Assembly (NCBI GenBank): GCA_937625935.1
Contig: OW569378.1
Location: 124,001 to 188,000 of the forward strand
Length of the DNA stretch: 64,000 nucleotides
Direction: 5' to 3'
DNA from: Tetramitus jugosus
Lineage: Eukaryota; Protista; Heterolobosea
Of the stretch, positions 24,216-34,839 are shown one piece after another. The position numbers were made by a program, and so were the translations under genes. A model generated the notes under the pieces. The model searched no databases. It saw only the letters and a list, made by a program, of their open reading frames with translations, and was not told the origin of the DNA. How positions within the stretch are numbered: position 1 is the first letter of the stretch; every line of letters begins with the position of its first letter.

Positions 24216-26519
24216 ATGAGTGATCATTCTGTCCCTTCACCCACCACTACCACCACAAGAAACAGAATTGGATCCTTCTTGACATTGTCATCATCATCAT
24301 CCCCTACTCCTAGTAGCAGTACTAGTGTAGCAAATAACAACAACAACAACAACAACAAGAGAAGAAGTATATTCAGAAGACTCATTCCCAAATCAAAACC
24401 AGAATCAGAATGTGAACAGGAGTCAAGTTCCCCTCAACAACGAACAACAAGAAGCATGAGCAATATGAGCAGCAGTAGTAGTAGTAGTAATAGTAGTGGC
24501 AATGGTGAAGAATCATCATTATCTATTGTAGATCGACTCACAACCAAGGAATTGAATCAATTGAAGGAACAATTCAAGAATATTGATTCCAATTGTAAGA
24601 AGAATGGAAAGATTTCAATCGAAGAGTTTGCAAAGTGCTTTGGACAAGTGGTCATGACCACTACTAATGCTACTAATGCTACTACTTCATCTGTGGATTC
24701 CCCAGATGGTTCAAACAACAACAACAGTAACAACAGCAACAACAAGTATTCATTTGTTCAACTATTGTTCAGCATGTTTGACATGGACAACAGTGGCTAT
24801 ATTGACTATCAAGAGTTTCTGTTGGCAATGACCATCGTCATCAAGGGAGATTCGATTGACAAGTCCAAATTTGCATTCAAGATGCTCGATATGAACAATG
24901 ATGGATATATTGAACGAGAAGAGTTGAGATGTCTAGTGAATCAAATGTATCACTTTGTGTGTGATACGTTGTGTGTGGATCCCATGCCATTTATTCATCA
25001 TCATCAGCATTATGATGATTCTTCATTTCTATCGTCTGCCCAGGATAATGTAAACAATGATAGTCATGAACTATTGATTGATGCGTATGCGGATGCCATG
25101 TTTGAAAAGATGGATGTGTCCCGTAGTGGACGTATTACACTGCAGCAATTGCAACAGTTTATGCTTCCAATTACTGAATCGACTGCAGTCATGTCTTTGA
25201 ACAATACGCATACTGATCCCTATTGTGACACTAGCACATTACACAGTGATGACGAGGAAGAAGATGGAGCTGAAGAAGAAGAAGAAGAGGACTCGAGCAA
25301 TTCTGTTGTTGACTGTGATGCAAGTAATACTACTAACATTACCAATAATAGTAGTAGTAGTAGTAATAATAATAATAGTAATAACGGTAGCAGTGGTCAT
25401 ATCAGTAGTGGCAAGCATAAGAAGAAACAGAGTGGAATGATTCCTATTGGATTCGGTTCAAGCAAGTGGAAATTTGTTCTACAATTACAAATGGCCATTC
25501 AAATCGCTTGTCAATTCACACAGTATCGTCCCATGGTTCACTACATTGACTTTTCCAGTCAAATTCAATTCCAATTGCCATTGGAACTTCCAACGTCATC
25601 GACATCCCTCCACAACTACAATGACACACGATCTGAATCCAACAGTTCACTGTTTATAGAGTATGCACCACTCGTATTTAGGCACATTAGACAAATGTGT
25701 CAAGTGAATGAGACAGAGTATATGGATTGTATGGGAATGGAACGTGTCTTGTCCAATATTCTCCTCGGTAACCTGTCATCTTCGTTCACTGAGAAGATAT
25801 CTGATGGTAAATCTGGAAGTTTCTTCTTCTACAGTCACAATGAACAGTTCATGATCAAAACCATACCGACATCAGAGTTTGATGTATTGATGAGAATATT
25901 ACCACAGTATTATCATCACTTGAAGACTTATGGAACACACAAGACACTGCTGATGAAGATATTAGCATGTTATCGTTTCCAGAATCAGTATTGTATTGTG
26001 TTGGCAAACATGTTGCCACTGGATGAACCATTGTCTTCCGTGTATGACTTGAAGGGATCATCGATTGGCAGAAGCAACCCTAATGGCTTTGTCAAGAAGG
26101 ACAATGACTTTCCACAGTTCCAAAAGCACTTGTGGGTCACAAACCAGAACAAGGATGAAGTCATGGAACAGATTCGCGTGGATGTTGCCTTTCTACAAGA
26201 GCATCAACTGTTGGACTATTCGTTGCTTGTTGGCATCTGTGATCATCACAGCAACACTGTTGAAGATATTGATCCATCTGAACAGCAGCAATGGAACACT
26301 GCAACCACAAGACGTATTGTCAGCAGCGATGGAAAGCAAGTGTATTATATTGGAATTATTGACTTGTTGACCGAGTTTAATGACAGAAAGAAACTAGAGT
26401 TTGTTGGCAAGAGTATCGTCCACTCCATGAACGCCAGCAAGCTCTCTGTTCAGCATCCAAAGGTGTACGGTCAGAGGTTCATTGAATTCATGGAAGAAAA
26501 GGTTTTCATGCCCCAATAA
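24216..26519 (+). CDS. EF-hand (NCS/calcineurin-B-like) - phosphatidylinositol-4-phosphate 5-kinase fusion
   Basis: EF-hands DMDNSGYIDYQEF, FAFKMLDMNNDGYIEREEL, DVSRSGRITLQQ. PIPK motifs GKSGSFF, MIKT, YDLKGS, KDND, DYSLLVG, GIIDLL, KKLE. Confidence 0.92.
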   Translation: MSDHSVPSPTTTTTRNRIGSFLTLSSSSSPTPSSSTSVANNNNNNNNKRRSIFRRLIPKSKPESECEQESSSPQQRTTRSMSNMSSSSSSSNSSGNGEESSLSIVDRLTTKELNQLKEQFKNIDSNCKKNGKISIEEFAKCFGQVVMTTTNATNATTSSVDSPDGSNNNNSNNSNNKYSFVQLLFSMFDMDNSGYIDYQEFLLAMTIVIKGDSIDKSKFAFKMLDMNNDGYIEREELRCLVNQMYHFVCDTLCVDPMPFIHHHQHYDDSSFLSSAQDNVNNDSHELLIDAYADAMFEKMDVSRSGRITLQQLQQFMLPITESTAVMSLNNTHTDPYCDTSTLHSDDEEEDGAEEEEEEDSSNSVVDCDASNTTNITNNSSSSSNNNNSNNGSSGHISSGKHKKKQSGMIPIGFGSSKWKFVLQLQMAIQIACQFTQYRPMVHYIDFSSQIQFQLPLELPTSSTSLHNYNDTRSESNSSLFIEYAPLVFRHIRQMCQVNETEYMDCMGMERVLSNILLGNLSSSFTEKISDGKSGSFFFYSHNEQFMIKTIPTSEFDVLMRILPQYYHHLKTYGTHKTLLMKILACYRFQNQYCIVLANMLPLDEPLSSVYDLKGSSIGRSNPNGFVKKDNDFPQFQKHLWVTNQNKDEVMEQIRVDVAFLQEHQLLDYSLLVGICDHHSNTVEDIDPSEQQQWNTATTRRIVSSDGKQVYYIGIIDLLTEFNDRKKLEFVGKSIVHSMNASKLSVQHPKVYGQRFIEFMEEKVFMPQ

Positions 26520-26649
26520 ATTAGGTAATCGGATGTCGTCTTGGAACTTGTTTTACGCGACACGGACAACAAAAAAAAGAGAGTCGTAAGTCATAAACAT
26601 TGATCCAAAACAACAACAACAACCATCAAATCATCAGTAAAAGAAGAAG

Positions 26650-27642
26650 ATGAAATCATTCATCCTGTACTTGGATGGCATTTGTGATGACGTTAATGAT
26701 CAACAACAAACAACAACAAATAACAATGAAAACAACAACAACCAAACAACAACAACAAGAACAACAAGATTGGAGAGATTTGATCATCCATTCATGGATC
26801 AATTGACACTCAATGGAATCACTACCAAATTACACTTGAGAAACAACAACAACAAGAAGAATAATGAGTCCATGTCAGTCAATCACATGAAACAATTGTT
26901 GAATATTGTTGATGACAACAACAACAACAAACAGAGTTCATCATCCATGATTAGTGACAAGTATCACAAGATGAGATTCAAATTATTCACCAATGATTCT
27001 CAAGTGTATCATGAAATGATCAAGTATGAATCTCATGTTGAACTATTGTTGAATGATGATTCTACTGCTACTACTGCGACTCTATCTGATCAATTTGATG
27101 TCATTTACAAGAATCACAACAATAATAATAACAACAAGAATCATCGCACTAATGATGAACAGGAACAACAAGAATGGGATACAATCATGTTTCACATTAA
27201 TTTTGATTTGATTGACAATCAAATGGAATGTATCAAACAGTTGGATCAATCCATGATGAATAATACTGACAATACATCATCATCATCATCACTATTGAAC
27301 ATTATTATTGCATCCTATCATCATCACACCACTACTTCTACTACTTCTACTACTAATAACAACAACAACAATTCATGTCATGATCAATCAGCACTGTCGT
27401 TGTTGTATAGACCCATTCAGAGTTATACATGGAAGGAATCACATGATTTGAATGGTCAAATCTCATCTCATCATCCCATGTATTGCATATGGCATCACAA
27501 CACAAGCACCAGAAGAGATTACAATGAACAATTGACTGAAAAGGCATGTGAGTCACGTGCTGGTCATGGCAGTATCTTGGCTGATCATTTCTTTGGTGAA
27601 TTGGCATACAAGATGTGCTTCTCTGACAAGTATGGTGCATAG
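26650..27642 (+). CDS. conserved hypothetical protein, degenerate ApgM (cofactor-independent phosphoglycerate mutase)-like
   Basis: N-terminus MKSFILYLDGICD..HPFMDQLTLNG and C-terminus TRRD..AGHGSILADHFFGELAYK..KYGA; middle degraded by poly-N/T. Confidence 0.5.
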   Translation: MKSFILYLDGICDDVNDQQQTTTNNNENNNNQTTTTRTTRLERFDHPFMDQLTLNGITTKLHLRNNNNKKNNESMSVNHMKQLLNIVDDNNNNKQSSSSMISDKYHKMRFKLFTNDSQVYHEMIKYESHVELLLNDDSTATTATLSDQFDVIYKNHNNNNNNKNHRTNDEQEQQEWDTIMFHINFDLIDNQMECIKQLDQSMMNNTDNTSSSSSLLNIIIASYHHHTTTSTTSTTNNNNNNSCHDQSALSLLYRPIQSYTWKESHDLNGQISSHHPMYCIWHHNTSTRRDYNEQLTEKACESRAGHGSILADHFFGELAYKMCFSDKYGA

Positions 27643-27722
27643 GAAAGTAAGCAGTTACTTTTTTTTTAATTAAAAAAAACACGATAGATGACTACCATTT
27701 CTTATTGTTGGTGGAGATTCAA

Positions 27723-28169
27723 TTATTGTTGTTGTTGTTGTTGTTTGTCGACCATTGTAAAGAGTTGATTCATGTATTGAGCCATGTTGAGATCATTGAT
27801 GGATATTCCATTGCAGTCATGTGTTCTCAACAGCACGTGCAATCGATTGTAGACATTGAACCATTCTGGGTGATGATTCATGGATTCTGCTTCTTCTGCA
27901 ACTGTGCTCATGAATGAGAATGCCTGCTTGAAATCTTGGAATATGAATTGCCTCTCAATGGCTTCCTTGTCTGCATTGTACGTCCAGTCAGAAGGTATGT
28001 CATCTTTGATTTCATTGTACAGTAGTTTCTTTGGAGCAGAACTGGTGGTGGTGATTGTTGTATGGAAGAGATTTGAACTTGTCATAATGTGCGGACGAGT
28101 TGTAGCGAATACTCTCATCAGAGTGTTGTGTCTTGTGGCCCGTGCAACTGATCGATTCATGAACAACAT
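27723..28169 (-). CDS. PCBD: pterin-4-alpha-carbinolamine dehydratase, likely mitochondrial
   Basis: IERQFIFQDFKQAFSFM..AESMNHHPEWFNVYNRLHVLLRTHDCNGISINDLNMA; presequence-like N-terminus. Confidence 0.95.
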   Translation of the reverse strand: MLFMNRSVARATRHNTLMRVFATTRPHIMTSSNLFHTTITTTSSAPKKLLYNEIKDDIPSDWTYNADKEAIERQFIFQDFKQAFSFMSTVAEEAESMNHHPEWFNVYNRLHVLLRTHDCNGISINDLNMAQYMNQLFTMVDKQQQQQQ

Positions 28170-28310
28170 TTTTTCCTTAATTTTCTGATCTCGAGCACCA
28201 GATTTTCATCTTTGGCGCAGGAGAAATAGGACAAGTCCGCTCTTTCACACACCAACAACACAAGGAAAAAAACAACACATTCTTCACACCATCATCATTA
28301 TTATTCAACC

Positions 28311-29402
28311 ATGGTTTCCGCATCATCACAACAACCCATTCTGCTCAATGAAATCTTGGACTTTTACACCAATCATCAACAAGAACTCAAGAGACAAGCA
28401 GTATTTGTCAACAAGTCCATTACTCACCTGAAGGCACTCATTGAAGCATCAGAGGCCAACAATCATGATGAAGATGAAGAAGAAGATGAAGAAGAAGAAG
28501 AATCACAAGAAGAAGAAGAAGTATCAGACAATGAACATTCAGAAGAAACCGACACCAAGACAACCACAACACCACCTCCAAAGAAAAAGTGGACAGTCAC
28601 TGAAGACAAACAATTCAAACAATTAATGAAGGACAATAACAATGATGTTGATGCAATTTATAAACACTATCAAGGTGTGAGAACTAAATTGTCCATCAAG
28701 ATGCGTGTCAACAAATTCTTAAAGGAACAAGCAGAAGAATCTGATGAAGAAACTAAACCAAAGAAGCAACAAAAGAAGAAGAGCACAAAGGATAGCACTA
28801 CCTCTGCAGTCAAATCATCATCAAAGAAATCCTCTGATAACAACACTGCAGCAGCAACAGCAACAACCACCACCACCACCAAATCTACTGCATCAGACTC
28901 AAAGAAGAAGCAACAAAAGAATGAAAGATCTGAGGAGAAGTCATCTACTACTACTGCTACTCCTGTCACCACAAAGAAGTCTACTACTAAGAAACAACAA
29001 CAACAACAAGCAGAAGTAGAAGCAGTGCCTGCAAAGAAGACAAAGAAGAGTGCCAAGCAATCAGAGACTGCTGCTGTTGCTACTTCCGAAGAGACTGCAA
29101 AGAAGACAACATCTGCAAAAAAGAAGGCTGCTACTACCTCCACTACTACTGCAGAGAAGAAGAAGAATGCTCCTTCCTCTGCTGCCATGGCTGCCATTGA
29201 AGAAGAAGATTCACCAAAGACAAACAAGAAGAGTACCACTGCAAAGAAGTCAACCACTATTGCTGCTGCTGCTGCTAATGGAGAGGAGAAGAAGAAGAAG
29301 GGTGGCAAGAAGCCTTCTACTACTACTACTACTACTGACAAGAAGAGAAAGGCATCTCAGGAATCAGAGGGCAATGCCAACAAGAAGAACAAGACCAAGT
29401 AA
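28311..29402 (+). CDS. Myb/SANT-like domain protein with acidic tract and long histone-H1-like K/T/A-rich tail
   Basis: KKKWTVTEDKQFKQLM..GVRTKLSIKMRVNKF, followed by a long basic low-complexity tail. Confidence 0.7.
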   Translation: MVSASSQQPILLNEILDFYTNHQQELKRQAVFVNKSITHLKALIEASEANNHDEDEEEDEEEEESQEEEEVSDNEHSEETDTKTTTTPPPKKKWTVTEDKQFKQLMKDNNNDVDAIYKHYQGVRTKLSIKMRVNKFLKEQAEESDEETKPKKQQKKKSTKDSTTSAVKSSSKKSSDNNTAAATATTTTTTKSTASDSKKKQQKNERSEEKSSTTTATPVTTKKSTTKKQQQQQAEVEAVPAKKTKKSAKQSETAAVATSEETAKKTTSAKKKAATTSTTTAEKKKNAPSSAAMAAIEEEDSPKTNKKSTTAKKSTTIAAAAANGEEKKKKGGKKPSTTTTTTDKKRKASQESEGNANKKNKTK

Positions 29403-29459
29403 ATTCTCTCTGTCTAAATTGCAAAAGAAACGTGTTGAATCACACATGATAATCTTGTT

Positions 29460-31394
29460 TTATGGTCGTGGTGGTGGTGGTGGTGGTATGGATGGTGCAT
29501 TGTCAGTATTGCTACTGATGAAATCTTGGGCAATTTGGGTCATGAGTTGTTCAAAGGCTGCATTTCCACCGACAACGCCAATGGTACACTTGAGCTCATC
29601 TGCCTTTGTCTGATCTTCAATGGCGATAGCCATATCGCGTGCCTTGTTCAGATATTGCATGGCTGATTGAACATCACCCTTCTGCTCTGAAAGATAACCG
29701 AGTTGTTTGTAGGCGTCAGAGCTGCTCTTTGAGTCGTGAAGACTCTCTGATAGCTCTAAATGTCTCTCGATAAGTACCCATGCATTCTCTAAGTCTCCTT
29801 GCTCCTTTCCCAGTATTCCCAAGTTTGCCAAGGCAATACTCTCTCCATGTTTATCTCCTATATCCACAGCACATTTGTAGGCAGACTTAAAGTTCTCCAT
29901 AGCGTTGAAACGGTCTCTCATGAGATAGTACACAAGTCCCATATTGATATGGGAAACTACTCGCCCTTGCGAATCTGCCATCTCCCAATGTCGTGCGTGA
30001 TAATCCAATGAGGTTTCAAAAGTTGTTCTTCGCGTTTCCTCATCTTCCACTGACATTGCTTCCTTTTGATAAAGTACTCCAATGCAATTCAATCCAAGGC
30101 ACACCGCTGTATCATCTTGCAAAGATTGAGATATGTGCAAGAATTTTTTGTAATGTTTTAGAGCCTTTGTCAGAACCCCTTCCTCTTCGTACTTACATCC
30201 GATTTTGTAGTATGCGAGCCCCTCCATGCGATTTCTACCGGCTCTATTACAAGCTTGAGCCATAAGGAGGAAATCCTTGACTGCTGTTTGCTTATTCGCA
30301 CTCAAGGATACTGCGCTATTATGAGTAATCTGAGAGGGGTCATATTGGAGTTTCAGAGGCTCTTGACAAACTGATATTTCACCATTTGCTTCATTCATCT
30401 CTTCTCCTTCTTCGCGCGAATGTTTTAGAGATTCGACATTCATGATGGTCTCCTTATGCGAACCACCATTGATATTTTCTTCAACGTTGTCGTGTTGAGT
30501 CCGCGAGAGAGCGTCATTGATAGCTAATGTTTCTCTCGCCTTCTCTCTACTTCGAACATCATTAAAAACATTAGAGCTAACTCTTTGAGAATCTTTCGCA
30601 GTAGTAATCCGCTCTCGATTCAGCTTCTCAATGTGCTGAATCTCCTTCATGAAAATGTCTGAATCATCTCTGTTCCTCCGCCGATCACTAGTTCCATCAT
30701 GAGTCTTTGATACTGTCTTCGCAGAATAGTTCCTAAATGTGTTGGTCACTTTGGGACTATTTAGCATATATTTGGGCGTATAAGGGCGTGATATAGAATT
30801 ATTTGGAGGGGCTTCTTCTATTGTATAAACCTCTAAATCGTCCTGTTCATTCATTAATTCCTTTTGTTTAGCTACAACATTGTCGAAGGATAACCCAAGA
30901 TTTAGAGATGGTTCGTCTATTTTGTTCCGGGTCTTATTTTCTGAGCTAGATAATTTTTGTTTCAGAGACTCCATGGTCAAAAAATTCTTCTTGTCGTATT
31001 GCTCCCTGTACTTCTCATAGGATTCTTCTCTCATCTCTTGTGAGGTCGAATTTTCGGTAAGACTACCAAATATAATTGCTCCCAGAGGTTGATAAACATT
31101 TAATCCACTTTTCTTCTTTCTCTTGAGTCTCTCTTCGTCGTCTTCCTTTCTCAACCACAACCTCTGAACAGGTTTCTTGTCTACTCGTATTTTCGAAGTA
31201 GGGGCTCTTGGTGTTTGTTTCGAACTACCTGGTTGAGATTTATCACTTTTTCCTACAAAATCACTTCGATCCAAAACATTGTTCTCTTCCAGGTGGCCAA
31301 GAGTTGAAGGACTGCGAGAGTTCACTCTCCTCACAGGTGTATGTGACGCTGAACCAGGTCTTTTTACGAATGAAGAGCTACTCAGATGAATCAT
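29460..31394 (-). CDS. TPR-repeat protein (TTC29-like, possibly axonemal)
   Basis: C-terminal TPRs (EGLAYYKIG..ALKHYKKFL, ESIALANLG, AYKQLGYL); disordered N-terminal half. Confidence 0.75.
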   Translation of the reverse strand: MIHLSSSSFVKRPGSASHTPVRRVNSRSPSTLGHLEENNVLDRSDFVGKSDKSQPGSSKQTPRAPTSKIRVDKKPVQRLWLRKEDDEERLKRKKKSGLNVYQPLGAIIFGSLTENSTSQEMREESYEKYREQYDKKNFLTMESLKQKLSSSENKTRNKIDEPSLNLGLSFDNVVAKQKELMNEQDDLEVYTIEEAPPNNSISRPYTPKYMLNSPKVTNTFRNYSAKTVSKTHDGTSDRRRNRDDSDIFMKEIQHIEKLNRERITTAKDSQRVSSNVFNDVRSREKARETLAINDALSRTQHDNVEENINGGSHKETIMNVESLKHSREEGEEMNEANGEISVCQEPLKLQYDPSQITHNSAVSLSANKQTAVKDFLLMAQACNRAGRNRMEGLAYYKIGCKYEEEGVLTKALKHYKKFLHISQSLQDDTAVCLGLNCIGVLYQKEAMSVEDEETRRTTFETSLDYHARHWEMADSQGRVVSHINMGLVYYLMRDRFNAMENFKSAYKCAVDIGDKHGESIALANLGILGKEQGDLENAWVLIERHLELSESLHDSKSSSDAYKQLGYLSEQKGDVQSAMQYLNKARDMAIAIEDQTKADELKCTIGVVGGNAAFEQLMTQIAQDFISSNTDNAPSIPPPPPPRP

Positions 31395-31576
31395 GACTGG
31401 TGTATTATTTGAGTCTCAATAAATTCTCAAGCAAACAAATTTCTAGCGCCCAGAGATTGTTCTTGCGGAAAAAAAGATCCCTTCGTAGTTTCAACGGTTT
31501 TCGGGGTAACCTTCGTGATCAAAAAAAGGCATTCGAACATAATGTGAATGATTCCACACAAAACACACAAAAGTCC

Positions 31577-32881
31577 ATGTCATCAACATTGGCAACAAAA
31601 CATTGCCATCCTTTGAGATTCATTGTGTTGAGTGGTGTCCTACTCATCCTTGTTTCGTTGTTATTTATCCATCCATGTTCTTCCTCCTCCCCACTACCAT
31701 CATCATCATCATCACCCACAATACAAAAAATTCAACAATTGCAACAAAAGCCATCCACTCCAGTCAGCACCTCACATCAACAACAACATGAACAACATGA
31801 ACAACAACAATTATTGTTATTGTATACACATGTTCGTCAGTCTTATGATTGGATGGAACGAATGCTGCAAGTCATCACAGTCTCTCTCACCAACATGTTT
31901 GCTCTGCCTGCTCTCTTCATTTGCTACTCCAATGGCATGTATGGTCAAATAGTGATCGGATTCATGACTCTATTGACCAGTACATTGTATCACACGTGTG
32001 AAACATTGAGAATCAAAATATGGGGGATGAATGATGGAAAGTGGCATCGATTAGACAATGTGTTTATCATTCTAAGCATTCAACAAATAATTGTGTACAT
32101 GTTGTTGAATGATCATGTGAAATTTATTGATCATCACAGTGATGGTCATAATGATGATGATGGTGATCACGGTGATGATGATGATGATGATACAACAACT
32201 ACACTGATTACTCGTCAAAAAAAGAGTGAAATCAAGTTGTTAGAGAAGCATGTTCAATCAGAGAGAAACTATGGTCAATGGTTGCAATGGTTTGGATTGG
32301 CTCATTGTCTCACATGTCAAGAAAAGTCTCCTTGGAACGAATACTATACGTATACACCGATTGTAACACTATTGATCATGGCAATGATTCGATTTATTTA
32401 CACTGGATTCTTTAAGCGAATCAATCGATTGTCCTCTCAGAAGAACAGAGATAACACCACTAGTACTGCTTATTGTTTGAGACCTCGTTACTATTGGAAA
32501 CGAATTGCATTGTCATTCATTTGTTTATTGATTGCAATTGGCTTCTTTGTGATTGGATTGGATGATGAGAATGATTATATTCAGTTGAACATTGTGGATC
32601 AAATATTGCCATTCATTCTCTCTCGCTACACTTCCAATAACAGTCATTCAGTAGCGATGGATGCTACCAAGTTGACTGGAGATGCATTCTGGAGTCAATT
32701 TCAGAGATCAAAACCAGTTCTGAGAGTCTGGCGCATCTATCATGGACTGTGGCACGTTTTCATTAGTTTTAGCTTCTTTTGTCTCTATTATTCGAAGAAG
32801 ACTTTTGAGAGTGAAAAGACACGCAGACAACAACAACAACACACGAGAACCACCACCGATAAAGCAATCAAACAAGATTAA
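31577..32881 (+). CDS. TMEM8/PGAP6/myomaker-like CREST-superfamily 7-TM membrane hydrolase
   Basis: SLTNMFALPA, STLYHTCE (SxxxH), WHRLDNVF, YHGLWHVF (HxxxH); N-terminal signal-like segment. Confidence 0.8.
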   Translation: MSSTLATKHCHPLRFIVLSGVLLILVSLLFIHPCSSSSPLPSSSSSPTIQKIQQLQQKPSTPVSTSHQQQHEQHEQQQLLLLYTHVRQSYDWMERMLQVITVSLTNMFALPALFICYSNGMYGQIVIGFMTLLTSTLYHTCETLRIKIWGMNDGKWHRLDNVFIILSIQQIIVYMLLNDHVKFIDHHSDGHNDDDGDHGDDDDDDTTTTLITRQKKSEIKLLEKHVQSERNYGQWLQWFGLAHCLTCQEKSPWNEYYTYTPIVTLLIMAMIRFIYTGFFKRINRLSSQKNRDNTTSTAYCLRPRYYWKRIALSFICLLIAIGFFVIGLDDENDYIQLNIVDQILPFILSRYTSNNSHSVAMDATKLTGDAFWSQFQRSKPVLRVWRIYHGLWHVFISFSFFCLYYSKKTFESEKTRRQQQQHTRTTTDKAIKQD

Positions 32882-32922
32882 CAGATGACAATTGTGAGGA
32901 GAGCACCATCCACCTTGCTCTT

Positions 32923-34754
32923 TTATCCATTTTTGATGTAGAACAAAATGTAATCGCTTGAAGAACATCGATGCCGTTGCAGCTTTGTGACTTGTGAATC
33001 ATTGAAGCAGTACCACTCTCCGGAATCAGCATGCTTTGTGCTGGCATTATAGTGCCCACCTCTTACTCCTCCCATATGTTTGATGACTCCTGACAGAGTG
33101 AATGTTGATGAGTCTTGTGGTAAGTGTCTGAGCGATTGAGGATCCATGTAGTGCTTCAAGTTAATAACATCACCGAAATTGACTTCATCAAGCAACTTGT
33201 CATTTCTCTTGGAAAATCTTTTCAGGTGAAGCACTAGGACCTTTGGTATCCTAAAGAATGACAATGTCTTTTCCACTCTTCGATGTGTCTTACAATGAGA
33301 GCAATACACCTCGTCTAACTTCTCAGTTTCGACAAATTTATCGATGCAATGACCCAAAGATAAACCAGAGGTACACTGAACACATACTATTAGTTATTAC
33401 TCTATGTTGCTGGGAGAAGAAATCAATCTTACTTACATTATCTTGAGGAACAGGTAAGGATATGTCCATAAATGGATCAAACGTACTAGACACATATTTA
33501 CAACGTAGACACTTAATAGAAGATTTTAGCTGTCCACAGAATAGATCTAAGGATAGTTAGTCAATGAATACTTCGAATAACAGGGAACTCATGATCCATA
33601 CCAGTTATGAAAGAGCTGTTTCGATCACAATAGTTTTTCCACCACCGATTTGCTTTTGAATAATCCGTTTCGTTCGCAATATCTTTAAGTTCTTCATATT
33701 GAGGTTTGGTTCTGATTCGATTTAGATCTTCATGTAAACCATCAAGTAAGAACCGTAAGAACTCTTGACTATCTTGTTGTCTCGTGCCAGTGAACTGAGG
33801 AGCCCATCTCGAGATAGTTTTCTTGAACTGATTGGGTGATACGACTGTTCCTTGGAGCGGGTTTCCAAAAGATGTTCTAGGCAGAGGCTTCCAGAGTTGG
33901 CAGAGAAGGTCATGAAAATCCTCCGCTAGTTGTCCACGCATCTCAGAATTGGGATTGATGTCTCGTTTATGTCTGTATTCTAAGAAATAATCACGTAACT
34001 CACTTATGTTACTGAGACATTGGACACAAGAATTCATGAAGCATGTATTACCAATGTTACTCAATCCTCGCAAACCTCTATCAACTTCCTTGGTGTTCAT
34101 CATTTGGATAGACTCCTCTCGCATGTTACTCGATGAACTACTCCTGAGGAGTGATGTTGATCTCTGAACGGGAGTTTTACTTCTGGATACAATTGAATCT
34201 TGTGATACAGATTCGAGAAGAGTCCTAATTCTTGGAGTAGAACTGGATCTCTGGATCTTGTGGATATTAATGTCCGATGGATATGAGTCAGATGATTGAA
34301 AGTCTAATTTACGACCCACATAAGAGCTCGATGAAGGGGGATAAAGCTCTTCATCCCTCATTATTCTTTTCGTTGATGATACAGTCCGTGGGGACGAAGC
34401 TCTATATCTTGAACTTTCACCCAAGAAATCTCGGGTAGCACTGTAGCTTCTGCCCTCATTGGAGAAGATGTCTGGAGACAAAATGTTACTTCGATTCTTA
34501 TTAGGACTCAATAGGTTTGAATTTTGTGGAGAAGAGGGCGAAGTTGATCCATGATTCGGTAGAAAGGAATAGGAGGAACCTCGGCGAAAGGACTTCAGAG
34601 CAGACAAGTTTGGGCGCTCTCTCGTCGTGCTCTGAATGCCATCGAACTCTGATGTATTGAGAGAATAAAAGTTAGAAAAATGATCATACGTTCTCAAACC
34701 CTTTCTCCTCTTCAATAGAGAAGATTCATTCAGGTTCCCAGAATGAGAGTTCAT
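32923..34754 (-). CDS. ubiquitin-specific protease (USP2/8/21-like); exons 34754-33602, 33546-33437, 33375-32923
   Basis: [13 protein letters not shown] (Cys box), [37 protein letters not shown] (His box). Introns 33547-33601 and 33376-33436 are in frame. Confidence 0.93.
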
Positions 34755-34798
34755 CTTGTTTCTTCTGGGTTTTTCTGTAGCCCTGAATGTCCGATCCT

Positions 34799-34820
34799 TT
34801 TCGCGCCATTTTTTGCCGCC
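34799..34820. promoter_or_regulatory. E2F-like GC motif pair in 85-nt bidirectional promoter (USP / CAP-H2)
   Basis: TTTCGCGCCATTTTTTGCCGCC lies between the start codons at 34754(-) and 34840(+). Confidence 0.5.
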
Positions 34821-34839
34821 ACTCTCTTTCGTGCAAAAA

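Noticed and set aside
28670-29341. 223-aa hydrophobic antisense ORF
   Set aside because: Shadow of the K/T/A triplet-rich sense gene; low-complexity artefact.
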